Part shown: in pieces, positions 61,761 to 64,000 of the stretch
Layout of the letters: every line of letters begins with the position of its first letter
Numbering within the stretch: the stretch's first letter is position 1
NCBI RefSeq assembly: GCF_964204645.1
Contig: NC_134025.1
Span: 27,198,299-27,262,298, forward strand
DNA length: 64,000 bases
Reading direction: 5' to 3'
Origin: Tubulanus polymorphus
Taxonomy: Eukaryota > Animalia > Nemertea
Position numbers and translations under genes: made by a program
The notes under the pieces: generated by a model
What the model was told of the DNA's origin: nothing
The model's input: only the letters and a program-made list of their open reading frames with translations
Database searches by the model: none

Positions 61761-64000
61761 GTAGAGTTCTTGATGATAGAATTGGAATTTTCATCTGGTT
61801 ATTACCATAGATGTAGTATATATGCGGGCTGTTTGATTTTGAAGCACTCATTTTACTGAAGCACTCTTCGCGAAGCTCGTTGAAAACTATATATTGATCA
61901 TTGACTTCTGATTCTCACTTATGACGCAAAAAGGTTTCAATAGCGTCTCAAAGAAATGACGGTTTTGGTCTTTCAGAAAAACATGTATGAAAACGTATAG
62001 TCGTCACTCGATATAGAAGGAGTAGTGTTACTGTAACTATTACTAATCTTTACCTGCGTATGGTACCGTGTTTTATCAATAAAAGTTTTGCTCATACAAG
62101 AGCAATATTTCTCACACGCTGGGCATAACTCATTATTAATAAAGTACAAACCTTCCGTTGAATTATTGCTTTTTCGCGCTTTGTCGTTGCACAGTTTGCC
62201 CCGTGCGCGGATTAGCAATTAATGGGCAAAATAGCGAATTTCAATAATTTCCTGCGACAACTTCAAAAGCTACGCGCGCAGGACAAGTTGCGAAGGGTTT
62301 ATATTGATGAGGTGTGAATATGGTGCAGATTTTTGCATGACTATCGAGTATTGATTGATCGATCGATTTATAAATAAGTCGTCGTTCGCCGTTCGTCGTG
62401 CTTCTCTCACGCCCTACACGCCGCGCAGCGCTGCGTTTTCAAACGTTTCATGCGCGAATTCGCGTTATTACGAATGATCTTTTCTCGACGGAATTTGTGT
62501 TATTACGAACCGATCTTTTCTTGACGGATCTTATTTCGTATCATGAAAAAAAGTCCATCCATTCAACCACCTCCGCCGCGCGAGGCTCACGTTTCTCGAT
62601 TCTCGTATTTCTGAATAACTTTCAAGAGTTCAAGCGCTTTATAACTATTTAGAGTAGCTCGGCAGGGGATGTAAGTGCTAAATGCCAACTAGATATGATT
62701 CCTCTCTACATTGACGACGATGATGATGATGATGACGATGATGACTAACTTGTCAATATCCATAAATAAAAGCTACGTTTTACCTCATTCATCGACGGCC
62801 GAGTTTATATTGGTGTAACACCAAACTTGATTGGATAAGAGAATTAAACATTATTCAGGGAATAATGGCGAGGATGTTGCAGCAATAACCGCAGCGCGCG
62901 AGTCTCACCCGCGTCTCGTACATCAGTTGATTTATCTAATAAATTTCATGCGATTCCGTGCGAATGAATGGGAAGAGATTTTGTGAACGGATTTCCAGAA
63001 ACATGATTTGCGCGACGAACGCTAACGCCGCGTGAGCGAGAGGTTACCTGTAAGTGGGCTGCGACAACTTCGACGCTTCCAGTTTCATTGACTTTTTTTA
63101 TTGACTCGCCGAACTGTTTATCGATTACTGAAAATCGAAAACGGAACTTTATTTCAGAACTTTCTCGATTGAAATAAACTCCGCACAAACTTCGAAATGT
63201 CACAATCGAAGCGGTATTTGCCGCGATTGTGTAGTCTTGTGATAAATGATGACAAATCTGACAGGTTTTTCCGATTTGTTGCGAAGGGCGTCTTATGATA
63301 ATATTTGCTTACAAACTAAAGCGGTTTTGATTATGTTTGCTAATTACTTAATCAATAAAAGCAGAAAAAAAGCGATGTCTGCGTAGAAATCGAAGGAAAA
63401 AGTCGCTTCAGAAAATGCTGGAATGATTATTTCCTTCTTAAAACCGAACCTGGCTGTAGGTCCCCCAATTGAATATCGCGTTTCTAGTAGTATACTTAGT
63501 ATACATACCTGGAATACCTGTGTATAGCGACGCTGTACATTTCATGCGGATATTCGAAACAAAAATTAATTTCCTGGACATTTCCGTGATAGCAGCCAAT
63601 CAGTTGGATTGTCGGACAGGGTGACTCAAGCAGCTGTCGAATTTTGATGGATTTCATTTTCCGCTATATTAAACACAGTAGTGCAGAAATACGCCTGCAT
63701 CGGAATCTTTCCGTCTCTGGAATTCTTTGACATGAATTTATTTCAGAAGTCAATTGGTTAAATGGGTTGAGCATGTACGGAGCGCTGTACCAGATATATC
63801 ATATAGGAAATGACTGCTGATTTCATATTAGGCTTCATTTATCAATGACAAAGTTTATATCCCTACATCTCGGCTGGTTTCTTCGTTACAATTTAAAATA
63901 CATATATTCAGAATTAGATTATATTTCATGAGAGATCGTTAAACATTCCCCGTATCCTATAAAAGCTTTCAACTGGGACCCGGGTTAATGATGTAAAGGG

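Overview
AT-rich (roughly 35-40% GC by eye) animal genomic DNA, most likely from an invertebrate; the species cannot be identified from the sequence. Almost all of the ORF track is noise. I can support one protein-coding gene: a KIF26 (kinesin-11 family) orthologue on the + strand, seen as two internal exons (45337-45572 and 61177-61315) that encode part of the N-terminal region upstream of the motor domain. The exons have canonical splice sites, join in phase, and are separated by a 15.6 kb intron. I found no preceding exon and no motor-domain exons, so the first 45 kb is probably one very large intron or 5' region. The non-coding DNA holds several short non-autonomous DNA transposons (MITEs), a LINE-type 3' tail, micro- and minisatellites, at least 25 exact AP-1 heptamers and four good RFX X-boxes. 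There is no rRNA, intact tRNA, CRISPR array or autonomous transposon, and I did not recognise any conserved miRNA. I found no convincing novel biological system; the best leads concern how this large-intron gene is regulated and spliced.
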